In this document: positions 11,261-21,563 of the stretch, one piece after another
How the letters are laid out: each line of letters opens with the position of its first letter
Numbering within the stretch: position 1 is the first letter of the stretch
DNA from: a virus
Lineage: Duplodnaviria > Heunggongvirae > Uroviricota > Caudoviricetes
IMG/VR virus record: IMGVR_UViG_3300047560_001314
DNA length: 64,000 nucleotides
Reading direction: 5' to 3' (one strand)
Program-made: the position numbers and the translations under genes
The notes under the pieces: model-generated
The model's input: the letters and a program-made list of their open reading frames with translations, nothing else
Told to the model about the DNA's origin: nothing
Database searches by the model: none

Positions 11261-12473
11261 TACAGAGGCAAAGGTAATTTCCGCAGTATTAGAAGATAAG
11301 CAAGTCCATGTACTTCTTCAGGCTAACATAGATAATCTTTTAAGAACACACAATGATGTTTGGGAGTTCATTAGAAACTACTTTGAACACAATAGTGCCG
11401 TACCTCCTGTATCGCTTGTTGTTGAAAAGTTTAGAGATTTTCAGCCAATTGATGGCGTAGGAGCAACAAAGCACCACCTTGAAGAATTGCAGACGGAATA
11501 CCTAACTGATAGCCTTAAGGATATTTTGCGTAATGCAGCAAGCGATGTACAGTCTGGAAATGGAAACAAGGCTTTAGATACACTGATCACACAGACATCA
11601 GAACTTAAAAAGAATACATCTGCTATCCGTGATATCGATGTAACAGATATTGAATCTGCAATTGCATACTACGAACAACTAAAAGAGCAGCAGGCTGCTG
11701 GACATTTAGGCATCAAGACAAATCTTCCAGGGTTTGATAACTATCTTCCTTCTGGAATTATGCCAGGTCAACTTGGAGTATTTCTTGCCTACCCTGGTAT
11801 TGGTAAGTCTTGGATGGCTCTATATTTTGCGGTACAGGCTTGGAAGCAGGGAAAGTCTCCACTAGTAATCTCACTTGAAATGAGTGAGACAGAAGTTCGC
11901 AACCGTGTCTTTACCATTATGGGTGAGGGGCTTTGGTCTCATAGAAAGTTAAGTTCTGGAGATGTTGAACTAGACACACTAAAGATGTGGCACCAAAAAC
12001 ATCTGCAGGGCAAGCCTGAGTTCCACATTATCTCTAATGATAATGGTGGAGAAATCAATCCTTCTGTTCTCCGTGGAAAGATCGATCAATATAAGCCAGA
12101 CTTTGTAATCGTTGACTACCTTCAGTTGATGTCTCCTAATCAGAAGTCAGATAATGAAACGGTACGAATGAAAAACCTTTCACGAGAACTTAAACTTATG
12201 GCTATTGGTGAAGAGGTTCCTATCATTGCTATCTCATCTGCTACTCCAGATGACTCTAATGACCTCTCAGCGGTTCCTACGCTAGGTCAAACAGCATGGT
12301 CTAAGCAGATTGCATACGATGCTGACTGGGTTATTGCTCTTGGTCGTGGAGCCAATAGCGATGTAATCGAGTGTGCATTTAGAAAGAACCGTAATGGATT
12401 TATGGGAGATTTCTTGGTACAGGTAGACTTTGATAAGGGATACTACAGGTACAAGGATTTTGAAGATAAGTAG
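11253..12473 (+). CDS. dnaB: DnaB-like replicative DNA helicase
   Basis: Walker A-like GIGKSW in a RecA-fold C-terminal domain (LAYPGIGKSWMALYF) with a DnaB-style N-terminal domain; 406 aa. Confidence 0.75.
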   Translation: MNNTEAKVISAVLEDKQVHVLLQANIDNLLRTHNDVWEFIRNYFEHNSAVPPVSLVVEKFRDFQPIDGVGATKHHLEELQTEYLTDSLKDILRNAASDVQSGNGNKALDTLITQTSELKKNTSAIRDIDVTDIESAIAYYEQLKEQQAAGHLGIKTNLPGFDNYLPSGIMPGQLGVFLAYPGIGKSWMALYFAVQAWKQGKSPLVISLEMSETEVRNRVFTIMGEGLWSHRKLSSGDVELDTLKMWHQKHLQGKPEFHIISNDNGGEINPSVLRGKIDQYKPDFVIVDYLQLMSPNQKSDNETVRMKNLSRELKLMAIGEEVPIIAISSATPDDSNDLSAVPTLGQTAWSKQIAYDADWVIALGRGANSDVIECAFRKNRNGFMGDFLVQVDFDKGYYRYKDFEDK

Positions 12474-12485
12474 TTATAATATGGC

Positions 12486-12839
12486 ATGCAACAAAATAAG
12501 GGGTATATGCCTCCGACTTTCTACCATCACAGGCCTATCAAGAAGTTCTACCTTGACGGGATCATTCACGATGAGTCAGCGATTGGTAGGTTAAAGGATG
12601 AGTATATTAGGCTTTTGGATTCAGAGATGCGACTTTCTGGGTATGTACCAAGGCTTGACATAATCCCAGACTTTACGATAGACTATAACCACAACAAAAA
12701 ATATTTTCAATTTCAATTAACAGTACATGGAACATACACAGGGAGAAAGCAAAGCGAATGGATAGCAGGGATAGACGTAAGCACACCAATATATATACCA
12801 AAGAGCAAATCAAAAGAGTCCTTACGGGAACAGGTGTAA
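12486..12839 (+). CDS. hypothetical protein
   Basis: 117 aa ORF; overlaps the primase start by about 80 nt. Confidence 0.3.
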   Translation: MQQNKGYMPPTFYHHRPIKKFYLDGIIHDESAIGRLKDEYIRLLDSEMRLSGYVPRLDIIPDFTIDYNHNKKYFQFQLTVHGTYTGRKQSEWIAGIDVSTPIYIPKSKSKESLREQV

Positions 12840-13702
12840 CTATCCAGTCAGAGATTGACTCTGACTATATCATTTTTTGTCCATACCACAATAACAACAG
12901 AACTCCTGCTGGAGAAGTAGACAAGTTTAATGGAACTTTTTTCTGCTTTTCTTGTCACCATGTTGCAGACTTAACAGAGTTTGTGATGCACATGTCTAAC
13001 CGCACATACTTTGAAGCAGTTCGCTATATCAAGGGCAAAGAGACAGAGCAAGATCTTGAAAGAGATATTAATCAAAAGTTGATTGCGAAGCCAGAATTTG
13101 TTCCGTATGATGAGTTAATCCTAAAGAGATTAAATAATAATCTTTTTGGATCGGATAGGGCAAAGAATTATTTTGAGTATAGAAAGATTACCCCAGCATC
13201 GTGGTCTAAGTTTTCCTTGGGGTATTCTGAAAAGCAAGACATGGTAACTGTTCCAGTCCATAGCCCAGACGGAATTCCTGTTGGCTTTGTTGGTAGATCA
13301 ATTGAGGGCAAAGAGTTTAAGAATACACCTGGATTACCAAAAGCAAAAACACTCTTTAATATTAACAGAGTTAAAACTGCAGATAGGGTTTATGTGGTAG
13401 AATCGTCTTTCGATGCTATTCGCTTAGACCAGGTTGGATTTCCAGCAGTAGCAACATTAGGTGCAAATGTGTCCAATACACAAATAGAATTGCTTCAAAA
13501 GTATTTCAATAACATTATTGTTATTGCAGATAATGATGAGGCAGGAGGAAATATGAAAACTAAGATAATTGAAAAACTTGGTTCTCGTGTATCCGTTATA
13601 CAACTAAACAAACAATACAAAGATATAGGCGACATGGATGATAAGTCAATTAAAGAACTAGATTACCAGTTTGACAAATCAATACTATCCATGCTAAACT
13701 AA
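12758..13702 (+). CDS. dnaG: DNA primase (CHC2 zinc finger + TOPRIM)
   Basis: Zinc finger CPYHNNNRTP..FFCFSCHHVAD at the N-terminus. TOPRIM-like VYVVESSFDAIRL and IVIADNDEAGG follow. Confidence 0.7.
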   Translation: MDSRDRRKHTNIYTKEQIKRVLTGTGVTIQSEIDSDYIIFCPYHNNNRTPAGEVDKFNGTFFCFSCHHVADLTEFVMHMSNRTYFEAVRYIKGKETEQDLERDINQKLIAKPEFVPYDELILKRLNNNLFGSDRAKNYFEYRKITPASWSKFSLGYSEKQDMVTVPVHSPDGIPVGFVGRSIEGKEFKNTPGLPKAKTLFNINRVKTADRVYVVESSFDAIRLDQVGFPAVATLGANVSNTQIELLQKYFNNIIVIADNDEAGGNMKTKIIEKLGSRVSVIQLNKQYKDIGDMDDKSIKELDYQFDKSILSMLN

Positions 13703-13730
13703 TACATAACAACACAAAAGGAGCAATACA

Positions 13731-14384
13731 ATGAGCGTAATTAAGGGTCTTAAGGACATTAGCGCACTACTCGACAAGCCAAAGTTTGAAAGCACAGGGC
13801 AGAAGGTTCGTTGGGTAAAATTAGCAGATGGTCAATCTGCAAAGATTCGTTTCGTAGAGGAATTGGATCAGGATTCAGCACACTACAATGAGAGTCGTGG
13901 ACTTTCTGTTGTAGTTTCAGAGCATACAAATCCAAAGGATTATAAGCGCAAGGCTGCATGCACAATGGAGTCAGAAGGTCGCTGCTTTGGTTGCGAAATG
14001 GCAAAGAAGGAACCTAAGTCTGGCTGGAGAGCACGACTTCGTTTCTACTGCAATGTTCTTATCAACGACGGTACAGAAGATGCTTATATCGCTGTATGGT
14101 CACAGGGTATTTCAAAGCAGTCTGCATTTAACAACATCCGTGAGTATGCCCTTGATACAGGCAGCATCTCAAACCTTGAATGGAAGTTGAAGCGTAATGG
14201 TCAGGGAACTGAAACAAATTACACACTTCTTCCAAGCAAGCCAGATACAGAGCCATTCAATTGGGATGGTTTTGAATACTTCAACCTAGAAAAGGTTGTC
14301 CGTGAGGTTCCATATCCAGAGCAGGAAGCATTCTACTTTGGATTTGACACACCTTCTGTTACTAGCACAAATATTGACTGGTAA
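13731..14384 (+). CDS. hypothetical protein, possible ssDNA-binding/annealing protein
   Basis: 217 aa ORF between primase and polymerase. Assignment is by position only. Confidence 0.25.
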   Translation: MSVIKGLKDISALLDKPKFESTGQKVRWVKLADGQSAKIRFVEELDQDSAHYNESRGLSVVVSEHTNPKDYKRKAACTMESEGRCFGCEMAKKEPKSGWRARLRFYCNVLINDGTEDAYIAVWSQGISKQSAFNNIREYALDTGSISNLEWKLKRNGQGTETNYTLLPSKPDTEPFNWDGFEYFNLEKVVREVPYPEQEAFYFGFDTPSVTSTNIDW

Positions 14385-14387
14385 TAG

Positions 14388-17300
14388 ATGTCTTACGTAG
14401 GCTTACACGTACATACTCACTATTCCCTCTTTGACGGAATCGCTACTCCAGAAGAATACATTGACCGTGCAGTTGAGTTAGGGATGCCAGCAATTGCCAT
14501 CACTGACCACGGTACTTTATCTGGGCATAGGGAACTGCACCGTATTGCAAAAGCGAAGGGTATTAAGCCTATACTTGGTGTAGAAGGCTATATGTGTTCT
14601 GATAGATTTGATACTAGAGACAAGTCTGAAAGAGACGGAGATCTAGATTTAGTCTATAACCATATAGTCCTTCTCGCCAAGAACCAAATTGGTTTGGAAA
14701 ATCTTAATAAGATTAACGAGATTGCGTGGACAGAGGGATACTTCAAGAAGCCACGATTTGACTTTGAGATCCTAGAAAAGTATTCAGAAGGTATTATTGT
14801 TACATCTGCATGCCCAAGTAGCGTACTTGTCAAGGCACTGGAAAATGAAGAGTTTGCTGTTGCTAAAAAGCACATCGAATGGTTTAAGCGTGTATTTAAT
14901 GATGACTACTACATTGAAGTAATGCCACACAATGAGGCAGAAATCAACAAGCAACTCATTAATCTAGCGGACGAGTTTGGGGTACAGGTTGTTGTCACAC
15001 CTGACTGTCACCACAGTTCTGTTGATCAAAAAGAAATTCAAGAATTTAAACTTCTTCTCAATACACATGTCAAAATTGACAAAGAGCACACATTTGAGAA
15101 GTCAAAGAAATACACAAACATGATGGAGCGACTTGACTATCTTTATGGTCATGATCGTCAGATTACATTTAATGAGTTTGATATTCACCTTCTTTCTTAT
15201 GAAGAAATGAAAGCAGCCATGGAAGCCCAGGGTATTGATAGAGCAGACATCTATGCTAATACTCTAAGTATTGCTAACAAGGTAGAAGATTATGGCATTC
15301 AAGAGGGGCTAGATTTACTTCCCGTACAATATAAGCATCCAGACAAAGAGTTAAAAGAACTTGCACTAGAGGGACTCAAGTTGCGTGGTGTAGATACACA
15401 GGAGTACTTTGACAGACTTGATGAAGAGTTGAAGGTTATTAAGGACAAGAAGTTTGGTCCATACTTTCTTGTTGTTCGTAACATGATTACATGGGCAAAG
15501 AAGGAAGGAATCATGGTGGGTCCTGGTCGAGGATCTGCTGCAGGTTCACTTCTATGTTATGCGCTTGGAATCACAGACATTGATCCAATCAAGCATGGAC
15601 TTTTGTTCTTCCGCTTTATTAATCCAGAGCGTAACGACTTCCCAGATATTGATACAGATATTCAAGACTCTCGTCGTGAAGAAGTAAAAGATTATCTAGT
15701 TAGACAATACCGACATGTTGCATCTATTGCTACATTCCTTTCATTTAAAGATAAAGGTGTTGTACGAGATGTTGCACGAGTATTAAACATTCCTTTACCA
15801 GATGTAAACAAGGTATTGAAGTTGGTAGATACATGGGACGACTTCTGTACTTCTAAATCAACAAGAGAGTTCCGTGAGAAATATCCAGAGGTAGAAATTT
15901 ATGGTGAACAACTTCGTGGCCGTATTAGAGGCACTGGTATTCACGCTGCTGGTGTTGTCACTAGTAAAGACCCAATCTTCAGATTTGCACCAATGGAAAC
16001 AAGATCTTCTACTGGTAGCGATGAGCGTATTCCTGTTGTTGCTGTGGATATGGAAGAGGCAGAACGGATTGGTCTAATCAAGATTGACGCCTTGGGACTA
16101 AAAACACTTTCTGTTCTCAAGGACACGCTTGACATTATTGAAGAAAGAGACGGTAAAAAGATTGACCTTCTTAAAATCAATATGGACGATGCAAATGTTT
16201 ATCAGATGCTATCTGATGGATATACAAAAGGTGTGTTCCAGTGTGAAGCAACACCATACACGAACCTTCTAGTTAAGATGGGTGTTAAGAATTTGGCAGA
16301 ACTTGCAGCATCAAATGCACTTGTTCGTCCAGGTGCGATGAATACAATCGGTAAAGACTATATTGCAATTAAGCATGGCCGTCAAAATCCTAATTACAAG
16401 CACCAAGTAATTAAGTCATTTACGGAGGAAACTTATGGCTGTATTCTTTACCAGGAACAAGTTATGCAAGCATGCGTACAACTTGGCGGTATGTCCATGT
16501 CGGAAGCAGATAAAGTTAGAAAGATCATTGGTAAGAAGAAGGATGCTAAGGAATTTGATGTATTCAAGGACCAGTTTATTAAAGGTGCTTCTCAGTATAT
16601 TAGTCCTAATGATGCCTTGGATCTATGGCACGACTTCGAAGCACACGCAGGATACTCGTTCAACAAGTCTCATGCGGTTGCTTACTCTACGCTCTCATAT
16701 TGGACGGCGTGGCTAAAGTATCACTACCCACTTGAGTTTATGTACTCCCTACTAAAGAATGAAAAGGATAAAGATGCAAGAACTGAATATCTCATTGAGG
16801 CGAAGCGTATGGGCATTTCGATTAAATTGCCACATATTAACGATTCGGATATTGATTTTAAAATTGAAGGCAAAGGTATTCGGTTTGGGTTATCAGGAAT
16901 TAAGTTCATCTCTGATAAAATTGCAGAAAGATATATTGCATCTCGCCCGTTCTTATCCTACAAAGAACTTGAAGAGTTTACCTTTACAAAGGGTAACGGG
17001 GTTAATTCTAGGGCTCTTCAAGCATTAAGAGTTATCGGAGCAGCAACATTCCAGGATAATCCTAGAAATGATGCAGAGATTAAAGAAAACCTGTATGAGT
17101 ATTTAAACCTACCAGAGTTTAACATCTCTGTACCGTCTCACTATCATGCATTCATAACTCCTTCAGAAGACTATGAGGAGAAGGGCTCATTTATCCTTAT
17201 GGGCATGGTGAAGGGCATTAAGAGAGCAAAGGGCTGGTCAAGAATAGAACTATTAGATAAAACAGGAAGCGTAGGTATCTTTGATGATGAAAACACCACT

Positions 17301-17657
17301 ATTGAAGCAGGCATATCGTATATCATTCTTGCTAATGATAATAGGGTTCTTTCTGCTGTCCCTGTCGATCAAGTAAAGGGTTCGGATAGTGCACTCATTA
17401 AGTTTTTAAATTACAAGATGTTGCCATATAAGGATGACGATATGTTTGTAGTTTCGTTTAAGCCAAGAGTTACTAAGGCTGGTAAAAAGATGGCATCTCT
17501 AACACTAGCAGATGCTTCTAGAGAACTTCACTCTGTAACTGTATTCCCTACAGCATTTGCTAAGGCATACATGAAAATTGAAGAAGGTAATACATATAAG
17601 TTTAGTTTTGGAAAAACTAAAGATGGAACAGTTATATTGGAGGATGTAAATGCTTGA
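14388..17657 (+). CDS. dnaE: DNA polymerase III alpha subunit (DnaE-type, PHP domain)
   Basis: N-terminal PHP motif GLHVHTHYSLFDG...AIAITDHGTLSG; 1089 aa with polymerase core motifs. Confidence 0.85.
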   Translation: MSYVGLHVHTHYSLFDGIATPEEYIDRAVELGMPAIAITDHGTLSGHRELHRIAKAKGIKPILGVEGYMCSDRFDTRDKSERDGDLDLVYNHIVLLAKNQIGLENLNKINEIAWTEGYFKKPRFDFEILEKYSEGIIVTSACPSSVLVKALENEEFAVAKKHIEWFKRVFNDDYYIEVMPHNEAEINKQLINLADEFGVQVVVTPDCHHSSVDQKEIQEFKLLLNTHVKIDKEHTFEKSKKYTNMMERLDYLYGHDRQITFNEFDIHLLSYEEMKAAMEAQGIDRADIYANTLSIANKVEDYGIQEGLDLLPVQYKHPDKELKELALEGLKLRGVDTQEYFDRLDEELKVIKDKKFGPYFLVVRNMITWAKKEGIMVGPGRGSAAGSLLCYALGITDIDPIKHGLLFFRFINPERNDFPDIDTDIQDSRREEVKDYLVRQYRHVASIATFLSFKDKGVVRDVARVLNIPLPDVNKVLKLVDTWDDFCTSKSTREFREKYPEVEIYGEQLRGRIRGTGIHAAGVVTSKDPIFRFAPMETRSSTGSDERIPVVAVDMEEAERIGLIKIDALGLKTLSVLKDTLDIIEERDGKKIDLLKINMDDANVYQMLSDGYTKGVFQCEATPYTNLLVKMGVKNLAELAASNALVRPGAMNTIGKDYIAIKHGRQNPNYKHQVIKSFTEETYGCILYQEQVMQACVQLGGMSMSEADKVRKIIGKKKDAKEFDVFKDQFIKGASQYISPNDALDLWHDFEAHAGYSFNKSHAVAYSTLSYWTAWLKYHYPLEFMYSLLKNEKDKDARTEYLIEAKRMGISIKLPHINDSDIDFKIEGKGIRFGLSGIKFISDKIAERYIASRPFLSYKELEEFTFTKGNGVNSRALQALRVIGAATFQDNPRNDAEIKENLYEYLNLPEFNISVPSHYHAFITPSEDYEEKGSFILMGMVKGIKRAKGWSRIELLDKTGSVGIFDDENTTIEAGISYIILANDNRVLSAVPVDQVKGSDSALIKFLNYKMLPYKDDDMFVVSFKPRVTKAGKKMASLTLADASRELHSVTVFPTAFAKAYMKIEEGNTYKFSFGKTKDGTVILEDVNA

Positions 17658-17973
17658 TGATATGGCAACTGAGTTGCACAAGAATGCAGTAATAAAAGGT
17701 TTCTGGCCTGAGCCAGAGGATGTAGACGATATTTTTATAGCAAAACAGTTAATGATGATTGTGTCAGAAGTTGTTGAGGCTATGGAAGCAATTCGTAAAG
17801 ATAAGGGTGAAGAAGAGATTACAGCAGAGTTTGCAGATATCATTATTCGCACTCTAGATCTTTATGCTGGAGTTGTTGAGGCAGGATATACCAGATTGTC
17901 TCTAGATCACGCATTGAGTGAAAAGGTAGAGTTCAACAAGACTAGACCAGAGAAGCATGGAGTAAGATTTTAA
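17650..17973 (+). CDS. mazG: MazG-like nucleotide pyrophosphohydrolase
   Basis: EVVEAMEAIRK...EFADIIIRTLDL, an EExxE...D helical motif typical of MazG/HisE. Confidence 0.6.
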   Translation: MLDDMATELHKNAVIKGFWPEPEDVDDIFIAKQLMMIVSEVVEAMEAIRKDKGEEEITAEFADIIIRTLDLYAGVVEAGYTRLSLDHALSEKVEFNKTRPEKHGVRF

Positions 17974-18986
17974 TGACACTAACAGTTGAAGAAGTATTAG
18001 CACAACTTAATCCTAAGTTGCGTAAAACCATTTTGGTTGGAGACTCAATTCCACCAACTGAATATGCAGCAACACCAAGCGTTGGCTTAAACCGTGCCCT
18101 AAACGGTGGACTTCCATATGGTAGACAAGTCCTCATCTGGGGTTCAAAGTCCTCTGCAAAGTCCTCTCTATGCCTCCAAATGATTGGTTTGGCACAGAAA
18201 GAGGGAAAGGTTTGTGCATGGATTGATGCAGAAATGTCCTATGATAAGGCTTGGGCAGAAAAACTTGGGGTAGACACATCAAAGTTAATCGTATCTCAAT
18301 GTCGTACTATCAATGAGATGGTAGATATTGGTACAAGCCTAATGCAAGCAGGCGTCGATATGATCGTGGTTGACTCAATAACATCACTTCTTCCAGCAAT
18401 TTACTTTGAAAAAGATTCAGATGAACTTAAGCAACTAGAAAACACTAAGCAGATTGGTGCAGAGTCTCGTGACTTTAGTAATGCATGGAAGATGATTAAT
18501 TATGCTAACAATAAAGTTAAGCCTACATTGTTTGTATTAATTTCTCAATCAAGAAATAATATTAGCGCTATGTATACTAGCCAACAGCCAACTGGTGGTC
18601 AGGCTACAAAGTTCTATTCATCAACAGTTATTAAACTGTTTTCATCAGAATCAGACAATCAGGCAATTAAGGGAAAGATTCATGTTGGGGATAAACTCAT
18701 TGAAGAAAAAATTGGTCGCAAGGTACGCTGGGAACTTCAGTTCTCTAAAACATCTCCTGGTTTCCAATCTGGAGAGTATGACTTTTATTTTCGTGGCGAT
18801 GATGTCGGCATTGATAGTATTGGCGATTTGGTGGACACGGCTGAGTTAGCAGGTCTTGTAAATCGTACAGGTGCTTGGTATCAACTAGAAGATGGCACAA
18901 AGGTACAGGGTAGAGAAGGTTTTATTAACCGTGTTAAGGAAGACCTAGGTCTTCAAGAAGACTTAAGAAAGAAACTTAATGGCTAG
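17973..18986 (+). CDS. RecA-like recombination ATPase (Sak4/RadA-like)
   Basis: Walker A-like GSKSSAKSS after VLIWG, in a RecA-fold layout; 337 aa. Confidence 0.5.
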   Translation: MTLTVEEVLAQLNPKLRKTILVGDSIPPTEYAATPSVGLNRALNGGLPYGRQVLIWGSKSSAKSSLCLQMIGLAQKEGKVCAWIDAEMSYDKAWAEKLGVDTSKLIVSQCRTINEMVDIGTSLMQAGVDMIVVDSITSLLPAIYFEKDSDELKQLENTKQIGAESRDFSNAWKMINYANNKVKPTLFVLISQSRNNISAMYTSQQPTGGQATKFYSSTVIKLFSSESDNQAIKGKIHVGDKLIEEKIGRKVRWELQFSKTSPGFQSGEYDFYFRGDDVGIDSIGDLVDTAELAGLVNRTGAWYQLEDGTKVQGREGFINRVKEDLGLQEDLRKKLNG

Positions 18987-19152
18987 TTATACTGTTTATA
19001 AGGGCCAGTTTCTTTGTCACACATGTAAAACAGAAGTGTCAACTCTTAGACTATATCCAGACACATACGAAATGACCTGGATGTGTAAAGACAAACACTT
19101 AAGCAGGGTGCTATTAAAGAAAAAGAAAAGGGATTATGAGCGAGAAGAGTGA
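18979..19152 (+). CDS. small zinc-ribbon protein (below 60 aa, not in ORF track)
   Basis: 57 aa, CHTCK...CKDKH. ATG overlaps the RecA-like stop. Confidence 0.25.
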   Translation: MASYTVYKGQFLCHTCKTEVSTLRLYPDTYEMTWMCKDKHLSRVLLKKKKRDYEREE

Positions 19153-19423
19153 GTCTAGGAGAATTGGTGCCAAACAGCACAAGAATTCTGGACGCAATAC
19201 CCATAAGGGAGATGCTACTTGGAGAAACTTCACCGTTGATTTCAAAGAGTATCCCAAGGGTATAACTATCAACAAGGAGATATGGGCTAAGGCTGTTACC
19301 GATGCTATTCGTAATGGAAACGATCCAGCAATATTTCTTGTTCTTGGCGAGGGTAATGCCAAGGTTAGACTTGCAGTAATTGAAGTAGAGATGCTAGAAC
19401 AGTTAACAGAGGAGAACTCATGA
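19136..19423 (+). CDS. hypothetical protein
   Basis: 95 aa ORF. Confidence 0.35.
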   Translation: MSEKSESRRIGAKQHKNSGRNTHKGDATWRNFTVDFKEYPKGITINKEIWAKAVTDAIRNGNDPAIFLVLGEGNAKVRLAVIEVEMLEQLTEENS

Positions 19424-19725
19424 CAGAACAACAGACAACACTAGAGATGGTAAATGGTCTTGCCGATATTGCAGACTTTATGGAGGATGAGGAGTTAACT
19501 CAGGCTTTATCCTTTATTGCTAAGTTGATCATTAAGCCAGATATTCCTACACAGGTAGCAACTATAGAGATTGTAAGGCTTCAGGCAATCGCAGCAAAAA
19601 TGTCTTTAAAGGCTACCTGGATGGCAAATGTTGATAAGTCTGACAGGGCAAAGAAGAATCTTTATTTTACTTCAGCAGAGGCTATAAATAATCTTGTGTC
19701 CGCTTTAAAGTACATCACACGATAA
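19420..19725 (+). CDS. hypothetical protein
   Basis: 101 aa ORF, coupled start. Confidence 0.35.
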   Translation: MTEQQTTLEMVNGLADIADFMEDEELTQALSFIAKLIIKPDIPTQVATIEIVRLQAIAAKMSLKATWMANVDKSDRAKKNLYFTSAEAINNLVSALKYITR

Positions 19726-19760
19726 TCTGCTATACTTATACTAATAGAAACGAGAAACAA

Positions 19761-20555
19761 ATGACAAAAAGTTTATTACAGCAGGTTATGTTAAAGCGGG
19801 AACCAAAGAAGGAGTCCTTCCTTGATACAGATGCCTTAATTGAGAAGATTAACTCTGGTTATACAATTAATAGAGTTGACAAGCATACTCAAAAGAAAAC
19901 CTTTGCACCATCTACAATTGCTTACTCTCATGGTGAGTGTCCAAGATACTGGTATCTAGCATTTGATGGACAGGTGTTTGAAGATAATGCAGATGCATAT
20001 GGCGCAGCAAATATGACTGCAGGAACTAAGTCTCATGAAAGAATTCAAGAGGCTATGAGTAATATTCCAGGATTCCTGGTTGACTCAGAATTTAAGATTA
20101 CATATCCAGATCCTCCAATCTTTGGTTATGGTGATGTAATGCTAAACTGGGAAGGCGAAGAACTTCTTGGTGAAATTAAGACAATGCTTAATGAAGGGTT
20201 TGAATATCGTAAAGCATCGATGAAGCCAAAAACTGGTCACCTCATTCAGTTGCTTATCTATATGAAGATTCTTAAGAAGGCAAAGGGAGTTCTAATTTAT
20301 GAAAATAAAAATAATCATGAATTGCTAGTTCTCCCAGTAGAAGTAAACGATCATTACCGTCGGTGGGTAGACCAGGCATTTGATTGGATGCGTGAAGTTC
20401 GCAAGGCATGGACAGATAGAACCATCCCTAAGAAAAACTATAGATCTAATTCAAAGATCTGTAAGACATGTCCAATTCAAAAGGCTTGTGCATCAGCAGA
20501 TGCAGGAGACATTAAAATAAATTCTCTGGAGCCACTGAAAGATGAAACATTGTAG
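19761..20555 (+). CDS. Cas4/RecB-family PD-(D/E)xK exonuclease with Fe-S cysteine cluster
   Basis: N-terminal CPRYWYL plus C-terminal CKTCPIQKAC gives the four-Cys arrangement of Cas4-like nucleases. A central D/E-K core is present. Confidence 0.55.
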   Translation: MTKSLLQQVMLKREPKKESFLDTDALIEKINSGYTINRVDKHTQKKTFAPSTIAYSHGECPRYWYLAFDGQVFEDNADAYGAANMTAGTKSHERIQEAMSNIPGFLVDSEFKITYPDPPIFGYGDVMLNWEGEELLGEIKTMLNEGFEYRKASMKPKTGHLIQLLIYMKILKKAKGVLIYENKNNHELLVLPVEVNDHYRRWVDQAFDWMREVRKAWTDRTIPKKNYRSNSKICKTCPIQKACASADAGDIKINSLEPLKDETL

Positions 20556-20826
20556 TTGGTGCGATAAACAATTTGAGACATCAGTAAGTTATCAAATTTA
20601 CTGTTCTGCCGAATGCCGTGATGCAGCGACAAAAGAAAAGATTGCTATGCGATATGTTCATATTCGTCGTCAAAAAAGAAAGGGTAAAGAGCGCAAATGT
20701 AAATCTTGTGGCAACAACCTTTCTATCTATAACGATGAATCTTTGTGTGAAGCATGTGTAATTAATCCGTCAGATGTCAAGAAAACCTTAAAGCAGATAA
20801 AAGGAATGATAAATGGTAAAGAATAA
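20542..20826 (+). CDS. zinc-finger protein
   Basis: CSWCD...CSAEC...CKSCG...CEAC, four Cys pairs in 94 aa. Confidence 0.35.
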   Translation: MKHCSWCDKQFETSVSYQIYCSAECRDAATKEKIAMRYVHIRRQKRKGKERKCKSCGNNLSIYNDESLCEACVINPSDVKKTLKQIKGMINGKE

Positions 20827-21403
20827 GTGGGGCATAGAGTTACAGCCAGAGAGAATTTGTGCAATTGATGCTAGCACTAACAGTCTTGCATATGCAACAT
20901 TCCATGGAGGCTACCTCAAAGAAGTTGGAAAGATTAACTTTGAGGGTAAGGATATCTATGAAAAAGTTATAGATGCTGGAAGAAAGTCAATTGGTTTGTT
21001 TCAGCACATAGTCAATGTTGATGCAATAGTTATTGAGCATACAGTATTTATGAATAGTCCTAAGACCGCTGCTGATCTAGCATTAGTACAGGGAGCATTG
21101 CTGGGCGCAGCAGGTCAATCAGGCATTAGAACTATTGGCAAGGTTGCACCTATTACTTGGCAAAACTTTATTGGCAATAAGAAAATATCTAAAGATGAAA
21201 AACTATATATTAAGTCTCAGAATCCTGGAAAGTCTGAATCTTGGCTTAAGAGTTATGAGAGAGAACTCCGCAAACAAAGAACCATTAATTTTATCAACAT
21301 CCAGTACGATAAAACTATCACTGATAATGATGTTGCAGATGCCTGTGGTATTGGTCATTGGGCTGTAAAAAACTGGGGTAAAGCAGTTGGAGTTGACAAA
21401 TAA
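20813..21403 (+). CDS. RuvC-like Holliday junction resolvase (putative)
   Basis: N-terminal ICAIDASTNSLAYA and later IVIEHTVF resemble the RuvC/RNaseH-fold catalytic D...E pattern. Confidence 0.4.
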   Translation: MVKNKWGIELQPERICAIDASTNSLAYATFHGGYLKEVGKINFEGKDIYEKVIDAGRKSIGLFQHIVNVDAIVIEHTVFMNSPKTAADLALVQGALLGAAGQSGIRTIGKVAPITWQNFIGNKKISKDEKLYIKSQNPGKSESWLKSYERELRKQRTINFINIQYDKTITDNDVADACGIGHWAVKNWGKAVGVDK

Positions 21404-21407
21404 TACT

Positions 21408-21563
21408 ATGGCTGCTAAACTGTATACAAGTGAGACATGGCTTCGTAAGCGGTTTCTAATGGACAAGAAAACACCACAAGAAATTGCTAAGGAGTGTGGG
21501 GCAAGCGTAGAAACAATCTATGTTTATCTTGCAAAGTTTGGACTAAGAAAGAGTAAACGATGA
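21408..21563 (+). CDS. small helix-turn-helix protein (51 aa)
   Basis: PQEIAKECGASVETIYVYLAK is HTH-like. Not in the ORF track because it is under 60 aa. Confidence 0.35.
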   Translation: MAAKLYTSETWLRKRFLMDKKTPQEIAKECGASVETIYVYLAKFGLRKSKR

